Assembly (NCBI GenBank): GCA_001244265.2
Contig: CDLV01000004.1
Location: 2,232,001-2,296,000 of the forward strand
Length of the DNA: 64,000 nt
Source of the DNA: Microbotryum violaceum
Lineage: Eukaryota
Direction of reading: 5' to 3'
Shown here: positions 52,412 to 64,000 of the stretch, in pieces
Numbering within the stretch: the first letter of the stretch is position 1
Layout of the letters: each line of letters opens with the position of its first letter
Translations under genes and position numbers: made by a program
Notes under the pieces: model-generated
What the model saw: the letters and a program-made list of their open reading frames with translations, nothing else
The model's database searches: none
Told to the model about the DNA's origin: nothing

Positions 52412-53082
52412 ATGGCCACGAAAAAGAAATCACGGTCCAGAGTCGCTTCCATCACCAACAACGCATCCAGCATCCAGCTCCCACCCCTGCCTTCCAGCCT
52501 GTCTGCACCGGGCCCTGCCTCGACCCCTCGGATCGAGCATGAACCGCCGCCCTTCTCGCTCGAACAGCTCGCGTCCATGCTGGACCAAGAACAAGATGAT
52601 CGTCATCTCCGACCCCACATCATGAGGAGTTCCTCTTCCAATTCGGGACTCCGGTACGACTATGCTGAATCATCCGACGAGGACGACGAGTTGACGACGG
52701 TCGAGGTCGTCAATTACGAGATGATGTACTGGGGCTACGGCCTCGTCATCACATGTACGACCTGCTTCATCCTTGGAACTTGGTCCATGTTCATCGCACC
52801 CTTTGTGGGTCCATACAACAACAAGGTTAGTGTTCTATCCGGCTTCCCAAGCTGGACTCAGCTCTGATCGGACGGGCTCTATTTTTTAGATCCTCGACGC
52901 CATGGCCAACGACACGCACTACAAGTACCTCTTTGTCTTTCTCGTCCCCGTCACGCTCTACACCGTCATCATAAACTGGTGGGGTCTCAAAGTCAGTCGG
53001 CTTCGGTCCAGCTCCCTGCTCGGTTAACATTGGCTCAATCAGCATTCTCTCGACTTGCGCACAGATTTTCCGACATGCTTGA
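52412..53082 (+). CDS. PIG-Y/Eri1-like GPI-GlcNAc transferase subunit
   Basis: Two hydrophobic segments: YWGYGLVI..MFIAPF..ILDAMANDTHYKYLFVFLVPVTLYTVIINWWGLK-IFRHA*. Introns at ~52826-52889 and 52992-53064. Confidence 0.7.
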
Positions 53083-53602
53083 CGGCGTAAGCGCAGATTC
53101 GGACCCTTCTCGCACGAATGTACACTCTCTATATCGTTGCTTGTACTACTGCTATTGCACGCCTGCTCGGACCTAGCTCCCCGGCTTCAATTTGTATTGA
53201 GACCCGGTGGCCCGGTCAACCCCAAGTTCGGTGTGGGCTCGAAGCCTAAACCGAACGCACATTACCGCAGGGTCGAAGCAAGACTTCTCGACTTGTCGTT
53301 GAATGCGAATGTCGCAATAGATACGAGTAAACCCACAAAAGGTCGGATACTCAGTAGCGACGAGGCCCGGGAAACCGAGTTCTCGGTGGTGTCCCCTGTG
53401 TAAACAAGTGGGGGCCCTCGCGTCTTGCAGCTGCGTACGATCAAGCATAAGGTCCGCTTCCGAGTAGAAAACAACACGCCCCCGATACTCTCACCTGGCG
53501 AGCACCACCCATCAGCCCGTTGCCCCGTGCAGCGAACGAAAACGGGAAAACATCAAAACCCACCGGGTTTGTTCAACATTGCAGCCCGCCCACCCAACGG
53601 TG

Positions 53603-55051
53603 TTACCCACTCGCGAACTTTATCCCTTCCATCCCCCTCTTCTCCCCGAACCCAACAACTCCCTCATAAACCGCCCATCCAATACCCGCACTCCCGGCTT
53701 TCCTCACCACCCTCAACGCACCCCCTTGCCAAAACCCTGTGAGGCCATGCAGTTGCCATACCTTCTTCGCGCTGCCCGATAAGGTCGTGTACACTTCGGG
53801 GGAGAGTTGGCGTCGGGTTTTCAAGAGATCGAAAGGGGTCGTTAATAAGGTCGATAAGAGGGAAGCCGAAGCGCCGGCTACTCCACCGCCTGCGGCACCT
53901 TCTGCTCGAACACCGAGCAGCCGTCGACCGCGTTCGTAGAAGACGATGAAGAGACCTGCTCCGGGGGCGTCGCGTAGCGCGGTCGGAACGGCGCCTCGCC
54001 AAAGGGAAGCTAGGCCGCCTGTTTGGTAGAGTTTTGAAAGGATTTGGAGGGAGCTGGGTCGAGGTTGATCGGGTTGGGCGATGATGGATGACTGCACGGG
54101 GGTGAGTGAAAGGGGTCAGTCGAATGACGAATGCTGCCTCCCGTCCACACAACTGACCTCGGACAAAGTCTTCAACAACGTCGCGGGCATCAAGATGAAT
54201 CCTACACCTGTCCGTGCAGTACTACCGACCAGGAGGTCGCCCGCGGTGGTCAACTTGATCTTACTCCCCGGTGGGGAAGCGGCCAAGTGTTTCGGTCGAA
54301 AGATGGGGAACGAGCCGATGAGGTTCCGAAGTCGAGAGAGGGTGAGGAAGTAGAGCGAGACACCAGGAACATTGCTGCAAGACAGAATGACTCGGTTCAA
54401 CAAGCCTGATAGTTGCGCGTCTCGTTTTGAAAGTTCCTGTGCTCACCGATATAATGTAGGTACTGTCCCCCGCCACAAGCCAACGATGCCCTCCTGAGCG
54501 ACGACCATCCTCGCGGTCGTCCAGATCTTGGCTCGATACGGTATCGGCGCGACGTTCGGTACAGACTTCCCCATGACTACGGAGGCTGAATTAGACTTGG
54601 GTATTGTTGTCGCTGATGATGCCAGTGTGGATGTAGACGCAGTAGATGTGGCTGTGGTCCCGGCCGAGCTTTGTCCGATGCCGGAGTGCTTCGGGCTTGA
54701 GCTTGCGATCGACGACGGATTCCCAGCCGTAACTCCACTAACTCCACGCTGTTGTGCTTCCTGTTGGACCCTAGTCTTGATGACTTGTTTGTAAAAAGCC
54801 CCCCAGCACGGTCGCACCAGTCAGCAAGGACTTGCCTACGCGAGCATCCTTTATTTGCAAGCGCTCCCGAGCAGCGACGAGCAGCGAGCTGGGGGTCGAT
54901 CATACGGAACGGACGACTTACGATCGAGCGGCTGCAATGCCAACACACTCACCGCACCCGAGATCGCTCCCGAAGCTAAATGCCATCCCGCCGAAAGGGT
55001 CCTCGTGGAAGTGCTTGGCGGTGAGGCCAGTAAGGGGGCAGAGCCGGACAT
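53603..55051 (-). CDS. Mitochondrial carrier, glycine-transporter (Hem25/SLC25A38)-like
   Basis: Carrier motifs QPLD..KTR and TPFDLLKTR, plus LWRGTVPTLYRNVPG, TALRDAPGAG and LRVVRK. Confidence 0.85.
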
Positions 55052-56064
55052 TGGGGGTGAGGTTCGGTCTCGGTTGCGAAGCGGGAGGAGAGGAGGAGGG
55101 AGAGGTGGACGGCTGGGAAAAGGGGGTGACGAGATAGGAAGAGAGACCTGGGGGGAAGCTGAAAAGTGCAGGGACGAGATGGGTGACCAACACAAAAGTG
55201 GTGAAGAAGGAACCAAAAGCCAAGAAAGCTCCGTCGCACTCTCGATTATGCGATCTCCGACGCAGCGTCCGTCGCGCGGCCTGCCGAGATCAGGTGACCG
55301 ACCAGTCAACACCGAACGTGACAGGTCCCTTCTGGTCGGCGAGACACGTTTCGGTGTAGCAGGCCGTTACGGAAAGGGGGAGTCCATGTTTCATCGTGGG
55401 TGCTCACTGCTTAGTCCTCTTTTTCTCCTTATCGATTTGAACTGCAGTGGCCGGGGGTTGCTAACTCAAAAGAGAGCGCCGAAGAGGACAAAGCTTTGCC
55501 GCACATAACTTGGCGACGACTCTGACACGGGACCAGCTTGCCATGCAGACCGGAACAATTGAAACTCCATCGAGATGTACACCTCTCGCTTTGATGCAAA
55601 AGTGGACGTAGAGCGGGGCAAAATCATACGTCCGGCAAATTTCGGCATCTTCCTCGCTTCCTTCCCCACCAAGCAAGCGAGGCTTCACCGAGTCAACGGC
55701 CGAGGCAGCATCTGCTCGTACGTTTACGCCCGGACGAGGCTCTCCAGGTCTCGGGCAGCATAGGTTTCCCCCATCAACGCCTATATGTCTCAACACCGCC
55801 CGTGGAACACCTTCGAATCCGACCTAAAGAAGTCCATGTCTCGGACAATCGAGGCGCCAAGTCAGCCCCAGTTTAGTCTCGAGGTGAGTCGATAGCTCCT
55901 GTTCCTCAAGCGGTACGTATCGGCTTTCCGTGTCTGTTCTTCACGATCCATGGTGCAATCCATGTATGCGAGGTGGATTGGAGATCCACCGTGCACGTGG
56001 GCCATATGAAGGAATACAAAGAAAACATGCTAGTAGGCGTTGATAATACACAGGCCCCACCACC

Positions 56065-58107
56065 TCAAGCCCACATATCCGCCCCGGATCCACCGACACT
56101 CATCGGCCCCGAACCCATCATGCCTCCCGGCGGACCCACCCCACCCATCTGCCGATCGGGCCCCCCAATCTGTGCCGACTTGTTGATCATCACATTCTGC
56201 AAGTTGACCAACTGCGCCGTCCATCGCTCAAGGGACGCATACCGCCTCACCTCGACGGCCTTGTGGCGAACCAATTCGAGGCGTTGGGTCACTTGGTCGA
56301 TTCGTCCCTGAATCTTGTCGTCGAGGATCAGGGAAACGAGGATCGCTTCGACGCTTTCGGATGGGATCGAGAGCTGGCGCGCGAGGTAGGCGATTTCGAT
56401 GCGCGTGTAGGGCTTGATGATCTCAAGGATCCATTGCGTGCGTAATGAGCGCAGGACCTCGTCGATGTAGCCGCGGATGAAAGGGTCGTCCATAATCGTC
56501 GAGCGATTGTCTGTAGCATCAAGAAACGAGTCAAAATCAAGCAGCTCACTCTGAGACCTTAGGGACCTACTTCTCAAAATCCTCTCGGCCTCGTGCACAT
56601 CGCGCCCCTGATACGCCGACACGAGATTCGTCATGGCCATGATCTCGGGATCGTTCTTGTACGGCTTGGTCTCTTGCGAATCAAAGGGGTTGATCTCGCT
56701 GTCCATGAGCATGTGCGCGAGCACGAGGTACTTGAGCACCTGAATGCGCTGCGGGGACCCGGCTTCGTCGTAGCATTTGAAGGATTCAAAGAAATCGATC
56801 TGGGCCTGACTCCAATTCCCTGCGAGCGCAACCAAATCATTCAGCACACCAGGTAAAGTAGGAGCAAAAAAAGAGGGAGCTCGGCTCACTCTCAGACATG
56901 TACATCTTGCCACCGCACTCGCGAATGACGCCTTGGATCCTCGGATGCGGGATTGCCGATCGCACGCGTAGACTCTTCTCGTAAATCTCCTGTATGTAAT
57001 GGATCACTCCATCATCGTCAGCGCAGCCCTTGGCTGGATATGAATACCACACCTACTCTCAGTTTTTTGTTGTTCTTCATCTCGCCGTACATCTGGATCT
57101 CGATCGCGTAGACCTCGAGCTGCATTGTGCCCTTGGAACTGTCGACGTCGACGCCATCATCGGTCGGCGCACACGAGGCATGCAGTTCCTTCAGAATCTA
57201 AATCAAAGAAAGCCAGCGATAAGCCACGGAGCAAAGGTGTCTAACACCGCCTTTTCTCATAAAGGCTCGCCTTATTGAGACGGGTGTACTCTTTTCGATC
57301 GAGCCACAGCTTGGCCAGTTTCAGGTTCGTCTTTGTGCTCAGTCGCTGCAGGGAGCAAACAGAATAAAGAGCACAAATCAGTGTCCTTCACCTAAAATTG
57401 CCACCCCCACCAAAGATCTGACTGACCTCATTCTTGGCCTCTTCCAACGCGCTCATCGTGACTCCATAAAATTCCTGCATCTTGACCGTCTCCAACCCAT
57501 GCTCGGCACTAACATAGTCCAAAATCCCATTAATGCTCTTTTCGGCCATATTCCTCGTCACACCTTTTTTCGTATAGGTCAGCAAGGTCTTGTAGTAGCT
57601 CAACGCGTCGTCGTAGCGCTCGAGTCGAAAGGTCAGTTTGGTCATTTGTTTCAACGCTTTGAAGCCGAATTCGCCTTGTTCGCCCGCGGAGGCTTCGTTG
57701 TCGACGATCTTTTGGAACGAGGCCAAGGCGAGGTCGGGTGTATCCCTTTGAGCTATGGGAAGAGTAAGTTCGGAGTCGAAAAAGGGGGAACAGAGCCGGG
57801 GCCAGAGATCCCAGAGCCGGAGCGGTCGGTCGGACGGGAATGATCAGCGATCCGAAGCAGTCTTGCTCCCACTAGCCCAGCCCAGCCACTATGGGCTCAC
57901 ACTTGGCGTTGTAGTAATCATTCTCAACATCGACGATATCCTCTTCGTTATCGGATCCTTCGTACTCGAAGCCATAGTCCTGTAGAACGAGATGGAACGC
58001 GCGTCGTTTTACGAGTCAGGAGTCGTCCGTCGAGGAACACAAGCTTGTGTCGGTGAGCTAGCCCCCATAAAAGATTGTAAAGTGACCTCATCATCCTCAT
58101 CCATCAT
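56065..58107 (-). CDS. CSN2: COP9 signalosome subunit 2, multi-exon
   Basis: [67 protein letters not shown] and a PCI domain. Confidence 0.95.
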
Positions 58108-58720
58108 CTACACGCAGGACCAGACTCCAAGTCAGCTCCGCTAATTGAACTCCAAGTGGGGGGCGGAGAAGAACCGGTTACATCGTGCAACTCACAAAGT
58201 CCTCGTCGTCAGACCTGGGGACAGGGGCAGAGAACAGCTTCAGTTGGGTTGTTCCTGTTTGGGTTGCTCAGTCCAACTCACATGTTGCGAGATGGTGCGG
58301 ACGTGTGATGGTGGGTTTGGGTCGAACGTGGGGCGTGGGGCGTGGGGCGTGGGGCGTGGGGCGTGGGGCGTGCGAGGCAGTAGCCAGAGAGTGAACGAGC
58401 GCGCCTGCCATCTGCCAACCACAATCGGCCAACCTCGCTCGCACACACTCGCACACACCACTGGCACCTCCAAGCGAGCACCTCGTCCCGACAATGAAGA
58501 AAGAACCTTCACCGAAACTTTGCCTCGTGCATCTTCAGCAACTGTATCTAGAAAGCTTCCATTCCTCACCTTTCTCACAAATGTTAGGCCCCCTCCGATC
58601 AATTCGTTGAAAAAACCGTTTATAATGTCCTTCATTATAATCGTAGCCCTGTCTACACTTTGTACAACAATCAACAAAGAAACCGATAAAACCCTCAACC
58701 ATACTCCTCGCAATCTCTCA

Positions 58721-60355
58721 TCAGGCCTTCACCCGCTCTTCCTCTCCCTTCAACGCGGCCAACTCCCTCCTCCTCATCTTGGCTCTCGCCGGAATCGACC
58801 GGAAAACCTGGCACACGTCCTCCTTCTGAATGACCAACTGAGCCTCGTTCGAGCACTTGGTCCTCGACCTCAATTCGTGACACAGCGCATCGACATCGCA
58901 TTCCTCGAACAAAGGATGCGAACAAAGTTTCGCCCAAGCGGTTTGACAAACCCATACGTCCTTGACGTCGACCTGGTTCGAAAGCGAAGCGGGTCTCCAC
59001 GGCGCGGGGAGCGCACAAGACATTTGACTGAAATCGCATTCGGGTTTGTTGCAGGGTAATCGACCGTTGGGGAGAGGGGGTGGCGTTCCACGATCGCATT
59101 CGGGATCGTCGAGGTCGGCGGTCGAATCCCGGTCGAGATCAGGGACCGTTGACGACGTTTCCGTATTGGCGACCGTTTCAGGAGGGAGCGTGAAGAACGC
59201 CGGGTCGAAAAAGGATTGGTAGAGATCCGGCATTGGTAGGGTCTCGTATTCGAACGGAGTCTCGAAATCGAAAGCGACGTCGATCGGCTTTTCGAGCGAG
59301 ACGACCATTCCACCGGGGGTGATCGGCATCGCCGGTCGTTGAGCGGAGCAAGTTGGAAGCGCGGCCAGTTCAGGATCGATCGAGGCCATGGCGTACGAGG
59401 CCAGGTCTTCCAAGCTGTTGCCCGACTGGGGTTGGGGTCGCACAGGTAGCGTGTACGGGGCAGACGGTAGCGCCGTCGGTGGGGTCGACGTCGCATAGTT
59501 CATCGTCGGAGGCAGCGCCGAAGGTGGGGGAGGGTGAAGCACCAGCTGGGGCTTGACGTCCTCGGCAACGTGAGGGAAACGAAGATCCTCGACAGAAGGT
59601 TGTTGTTGAGCCTTCGCAGATTTGCTGGACTGCGAATCGTGAGGGCTCAAAGTCGGAGAACTGGCCGAAGGCGCAGCAGTCCCAGTATTCAATTGCTCTA
59701 TCGCGGTCTCGGGCACCGGTTGCCCCAGTCGAAGCGCCTTGTTTTCGGCAATCAACCTGAGAGGACCGACAGATATAGCAGATCCCAGCTCAGTTGAAAC
59801 CTTTGAACGCCCATCTTCGGAGTACTCACATATCGATCAGCTGAGTCTGGCGAGCTAGCTGCGTCGCCTGTCTTTGGACCTCGACCTCCATTTCTTGCAT
59901 ATGTCTCTCCTTGCGCTCGCGGAACGATCTCTGCGCGGCGCGGTTCTGCAACTTGCGTTTGGCCGTCTCTTCATCGCCCTCGATGTCTGCGTTAGAGAAT
60001 GGGAGGCAAGGAAGGTTCGATGTAGGCGGGTGAGTGAGTGAGAGAGGGAAATATCATCCGGGGAGCGTGGGCGGAGCGCGGCCGGCCATAAGCGGGCAGC
60101 GGGCGCGAGCGCGGGCACAGGAGGACGGTGAGCGCATGAATGGGTGGTTAGGTGGGTGGGAGGGAGAAGTGCATTTGTCAGCCCTCCGTCGCCGAGCTCG
60201 TGCCGCTGTCCAGAGCCTACGGTTACACATATCAACCTTTACCCGGGTCGCAAGTAGATACGAAGCAACTCACCCTGATCAGCTTTCCGTTTCCGACCCC
60301 TCTTACTAGGTTCGGTCGACGACGGGGTGGGGGACGTGCTTGTGCCGGCCTTCAT
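58721..60355 (-). CDS. Yap1/Pap1-like AP-1 bZIP transcription factor
   Basis: Basic region KRKLQNRAAQRSFRERKE (~59900-59965). C-terminal Cys-rich domain VCQTAWAKLCSHPLF..DVDALCHELRSRTKCS. The start codon is inferred. Confidence 0.85.
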
Positions 60356-62160
60356 CTTGAGCGAGGATCGACGGAGCGGCTTCGTCCTGGGAGCGCGCGG
60401 TCGACCAACCGCGGCAATGTCTGTGGATGTTGCTGCTATGCCTCGGTGCGGGAGACCTCGAAAGTTGGGGTACAATCTATTTGTGGAAAGGATTAAGAGT
60501 TGGGTAGATAACGTCGCTTCGAGCGGTGGTGTGAGTGATATGTGGGCTCGAGTGGTTGGAGTGCCGATGACGCCGACGGGCTGGAGGACGGGAGAGACGC
60601 GACCGGGCAATCCCAAAAGGGTGCAAATGGGTGCAAGGGGGAAACTCAAAACTCGCTATTTCCGAGCGCTAACAGAGGAGTAAAATGTCAAATCTGACGG
60701 GGTTCGACGTCAGAAGGAGCGAAGAAGACAAAGCTTTGTGGGAATTTTGAAGAATGCCAAAGCTTCGTGAGTGTGCATGCAGTTTGTCGGGGGCTCTCAC
60801 GGAAGAAAAGAACCGAAAATTACAGCCGAGCTCGACAATCAGCGCTCCCCCGGGTCGGCACACCATTCTCGGCGAACAGGGTCAAAAACCGCCGGACACC
60901 AAAATGAAAAACGAAGCTCACAACAGAGGTGGCTGGAAGGAAATCGATTACCAGAGTTCTTAGCATTGTTTGGTTCGGTCCCGATACCGATCCGCTCGGG
61001 CTGGGCTTTGGCGACAATTTGCCCCCTGAATGTCAAGTCGCCCATGCACCCAGCGCGGACGTCCGCTTTGCACAAAGTCAATTCCGTTGGCATGACTGAG
61101 ACCGGGCGCAGGATGGGACCCGGAAAGGTTGAAATTTGTTGCTACTCCCGTTCAAAGAGTTCGTGCCTGGAAGGACCGCTCGGGTCATCCAGCGAGCATT
61201 TGTGCGTAACCCTTCACCTCCCGGGCCATCGATCGTCTGCAGCTTGCTCCATACTTCTCCCCTGTCCTCCCTCACGTCTCCCCTGACCTGCATCATTCAT
61301 CCGGGACCCCGTGCATCTTGCCGGAAGATCCCGAGCCAATTTCTTCATCCGACCCAGTCACCCAATACCTGTACAGGAGCACCTATTGAATGACCCCTCG
61401 GGAAGGAGAACGAGTCTGGCTCCTCCCCCTTCGATCGATCCGAGGCTGATCCGAGCGCACACCAAACCCGAAGAGGGAAGGGTTTCGCAGAATGCCCTTG
61501 GCGACACACATGATTGCCAGAAGCTACATCAAATGAAGTGTGAGCTATCAGGGATGGTGTAGCTCTTCCCCGTTCCGAAAGAGTCTTGCGTACCCGCGGA
61601 ATGCAGTGGGTCATGGTTTCGCGGTGGTTGACCTCACGAGTTCGGAGTTGGGAACGACGGCCCGTTCGCCGGTCTGGTCGCTCAGGAGCTTAACGCGGGA
61701 CGATCGTGTTCGCACAATTTCTCACAATTGAGCCGGAGGGTGTTTTTCTTGGCAGCCGGTCAACCAAGATAGATGAGTCGTGCGGCGAGAATAAATCCCC
61801 AAGTTGGAGCACTTTTCGCATGCCGTCACTTTTCGAAGCGCGTGCCTCCGACTCTAAGAGCTTTCGCCGTAAAGCTCGGCGAGTTCAGAAGCTGCACATT
61901 GTCATGTTGACCTTGGACAAGTGCAATCGCTGTGAACTAGAAATTATTCATCAAAGGAGACAGTGGCAGCAGCATGCCGCCGAATCGCCATAAGACCCAG
62001 TGGTCCGAACGCAATCGAAATTGGCCTAATATAAACCCTGCATCTGCGAGCTTGATTGAAATGAGCATGTAGCTTGGAGTCCGCGACTGCTCGCCCGCTC
62101 CGCCTGCAGGCTCTCGCATTGCACTCGTTTGGCCCTTGAACGCTCGGCACAATCCTCACC

Positions 62161-63097
62161 ATGGTCAGTAGCTCGCTCACACTCAGCTGACATGGAGATA
62201 CCATTGTCGGACTGACCGTGTTCCTCCGCTCCCCCCTGTTGTACCCGGCATACCGCACTGGCGGCTCCGCACTCCCGCCCCGACTCGATCATCCTCCCGA
62301 TCCCCACCCATGACCTACATGCACCACCTCCCAGCCTTCTTCGTCTGAACCCTACCAAACTCCCCGAGCAGACCTCGACATCACCCTCCCTCCTCGTCCC
62401 TTCCTGGCGCCACTGCACCAGCCGCTCCCCTCGACGTACACGCCCAAAGCCGTCGTCGGCCCCGCGTTCAGCATCGGCCTCGTCTCGGCCGGCTTTGGTC
62501 TCTTCATCTCGAGCATCAAGAACAGTCTCGAGTCGCACAACAAGGGTGCTATGGGCGTCTTTACGAGGACGGGGTGGATCATTGGCTACTTTGGTCAGTT
62601 CAAAGCCACTGCCGAGACCGGCGGGCACAGCGCTCGCGGAGGGGGTGTGGAGTGCAGTACAGCTTTTTACAGAGTATCTGCATCGCATTTTTAATCGGGT
62701 TGCTACCTACTGCGACACTAACGCCACGCCCCGAGCTGCCAGCGCTTTCGCTTCCGCAACCGATCCCAGCAGCTGACCCCCTCATTCATCGCTTCTACCC
62801 ACAGCCACCGCCGGTTTCGTCTACACCCTCGTCGACAACAGCGTGTCCAAAATGATTGAGAACTCTACAAACGGCATCGCCGGCGCAACAGGTGGATGTG
62901 CCGCCGGCTTCGTCTCGGGCATTCGCAACGGCTCTTTATCTTCCGCGATGGGCTTGTGCGCCTTCATGGGTGCCGCTGTCGGGACGTACGAGTTGGCGGG
63001 AGAGACGTTGGGTAACGAGATGAGGAAGGATAGGAAGACGCGAGATGAGGAACGAATGAGCTTCTTCAAGAAGAGGCCAGAGACCCAGGAGGAGTAA
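62161..63097 (+). CDS. Complex I accessory subunit NDUFA11-like (Tim17/22/23 family)
   Basis: GLFISSIKNSLESHNKGAMGVFTRTG and GATGGCAAGFVSGIR. ATG-only first exon, introns 62164-62334 and ~62594-62803. Confidence 0.8.
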
Positions 63098-64000
63098 AGC
63101 AAGGCGGGAAGGGGAAACCTGGGCAAGGGGAGGACAGTGTTGGAGGAGATAAATACGATGGATAGAAGAGAGGGGTGTATAGTGTCGAACGTGGTATCTC
63201 TGAACCTTTTTTTTTTGTGGCTTGTTTCCGGAGCAATAACAGTCAAGGCTCGGTTTGCGCCCATCACGAAGGCTTGCAAGAGGTGCGGCGCCGAGCATTG
63301 TCTTGTAATGCCCTTGCAGTATGGTCGCAGTATATCCAAGCGATCGTGGGTCTGGTACAAGTCACCGCGCTTCGGTACGAGTCGGCGAGTGTCGCGTTCT
63401 TGGCTGGGACTCGGGGCCTGGGGGCATATGCTTCAACAACCATGGTGATCTTTTAAGCCTGAACAGTGAGCACACCGTCTGCCTCTCCTGCGAGTCAAAT
63501 TTGGGCTTCGGGCGTTGACTCTTCGCACGTGCGGGTGACACAGACAAATGACTGGTCGAGCCATGGTGATTCCCGCACTGGCCCCATCTTTCCACGCACG
63601 ACGCATCACGCATGCCCCCCTATCCGGAGCAAGCTACTAGTTCGAGGCGCAAAAGCGCCTGGAGAGCGGTGTTCCTTAATAAGCAGTGCAAGCAGTGCCT
63701 ACATATGCTGCTTCAAGTACTAGTGCCGGCTGTTTCTGGTCCTAAACCAAGCTCGCATATGGTTTGGGTTGAGCTCCTTTCAATTGGCTTGCTGAGTGCG
63801 CACCTTTCGCCACTGGCTTGTAGAGCCGAGGCTCGCATGGTCTTGTAGAGCAATGGCTCTTCGGTGATACAAGTGTGCGTGTGATACAGGCCCTATTGTC
63901 TCCGACTTCGGTCCTTCGCGGCTAAGATTGTCGAACCTGAGCTTAAGAGCAAGAGCTCTTAGCGCGGTCACGACAGGGGCGGAGGCATTCGGGCTCATGC

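Noticed and set aside
55461-55900. Small ORFs between the carrier gene and CSN2 (also 60400-62100 and 63100-64000)
   Set aside because: No recognisable domain or coherent exon chain; treated as intergenic/UTR.
58328-58372. (GGGCGTG)n heptamer run
   Set aside because: Simple microsatellite; not telomeric TTAGGG and no support for function.

Overview
Intron-rich fungal nuclear DNA. The splice style and proteins look basidiomycete; Pucciniomycotina/Microbotryum-like is my inference and is not verified. Conserved genes flank a ~36 kb nest of transposable elements (~6.4-42.8 kb). Left side: APC1-like (runs off the edge), a malate dehydrogenase ending in SKL, and an FAH-family gene that appears pseudogenised at the nest edge. 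The nest holds a CxC1-KDZ (Kyakuja-type) transposase converging on a BED-zinc-finger gene with palindrome arrays, Helitron Rep/helicase fragments, and a chromodomain Ty3/gypsy element with nested insertions. It also holds solo LTRs with 5-bp TSDs, a 32-bp-TIR/8-bp-TSD DNA element family, hAT remnants, and two copies of a ~1 kb non-coding element with fixed ends, no TIRs and no clear TSD. Right side: MCM2, a small island with an organelle-like tRNA-Leu(UAG) and TE relics, then ARL2, PIG-Y-like, Hem25/SLC25A38-like carrier, CSN2, a Yap1/Pap1-like bZIP and NDUFA11-like. Exon boundaries were read by eye and no database searches were run.
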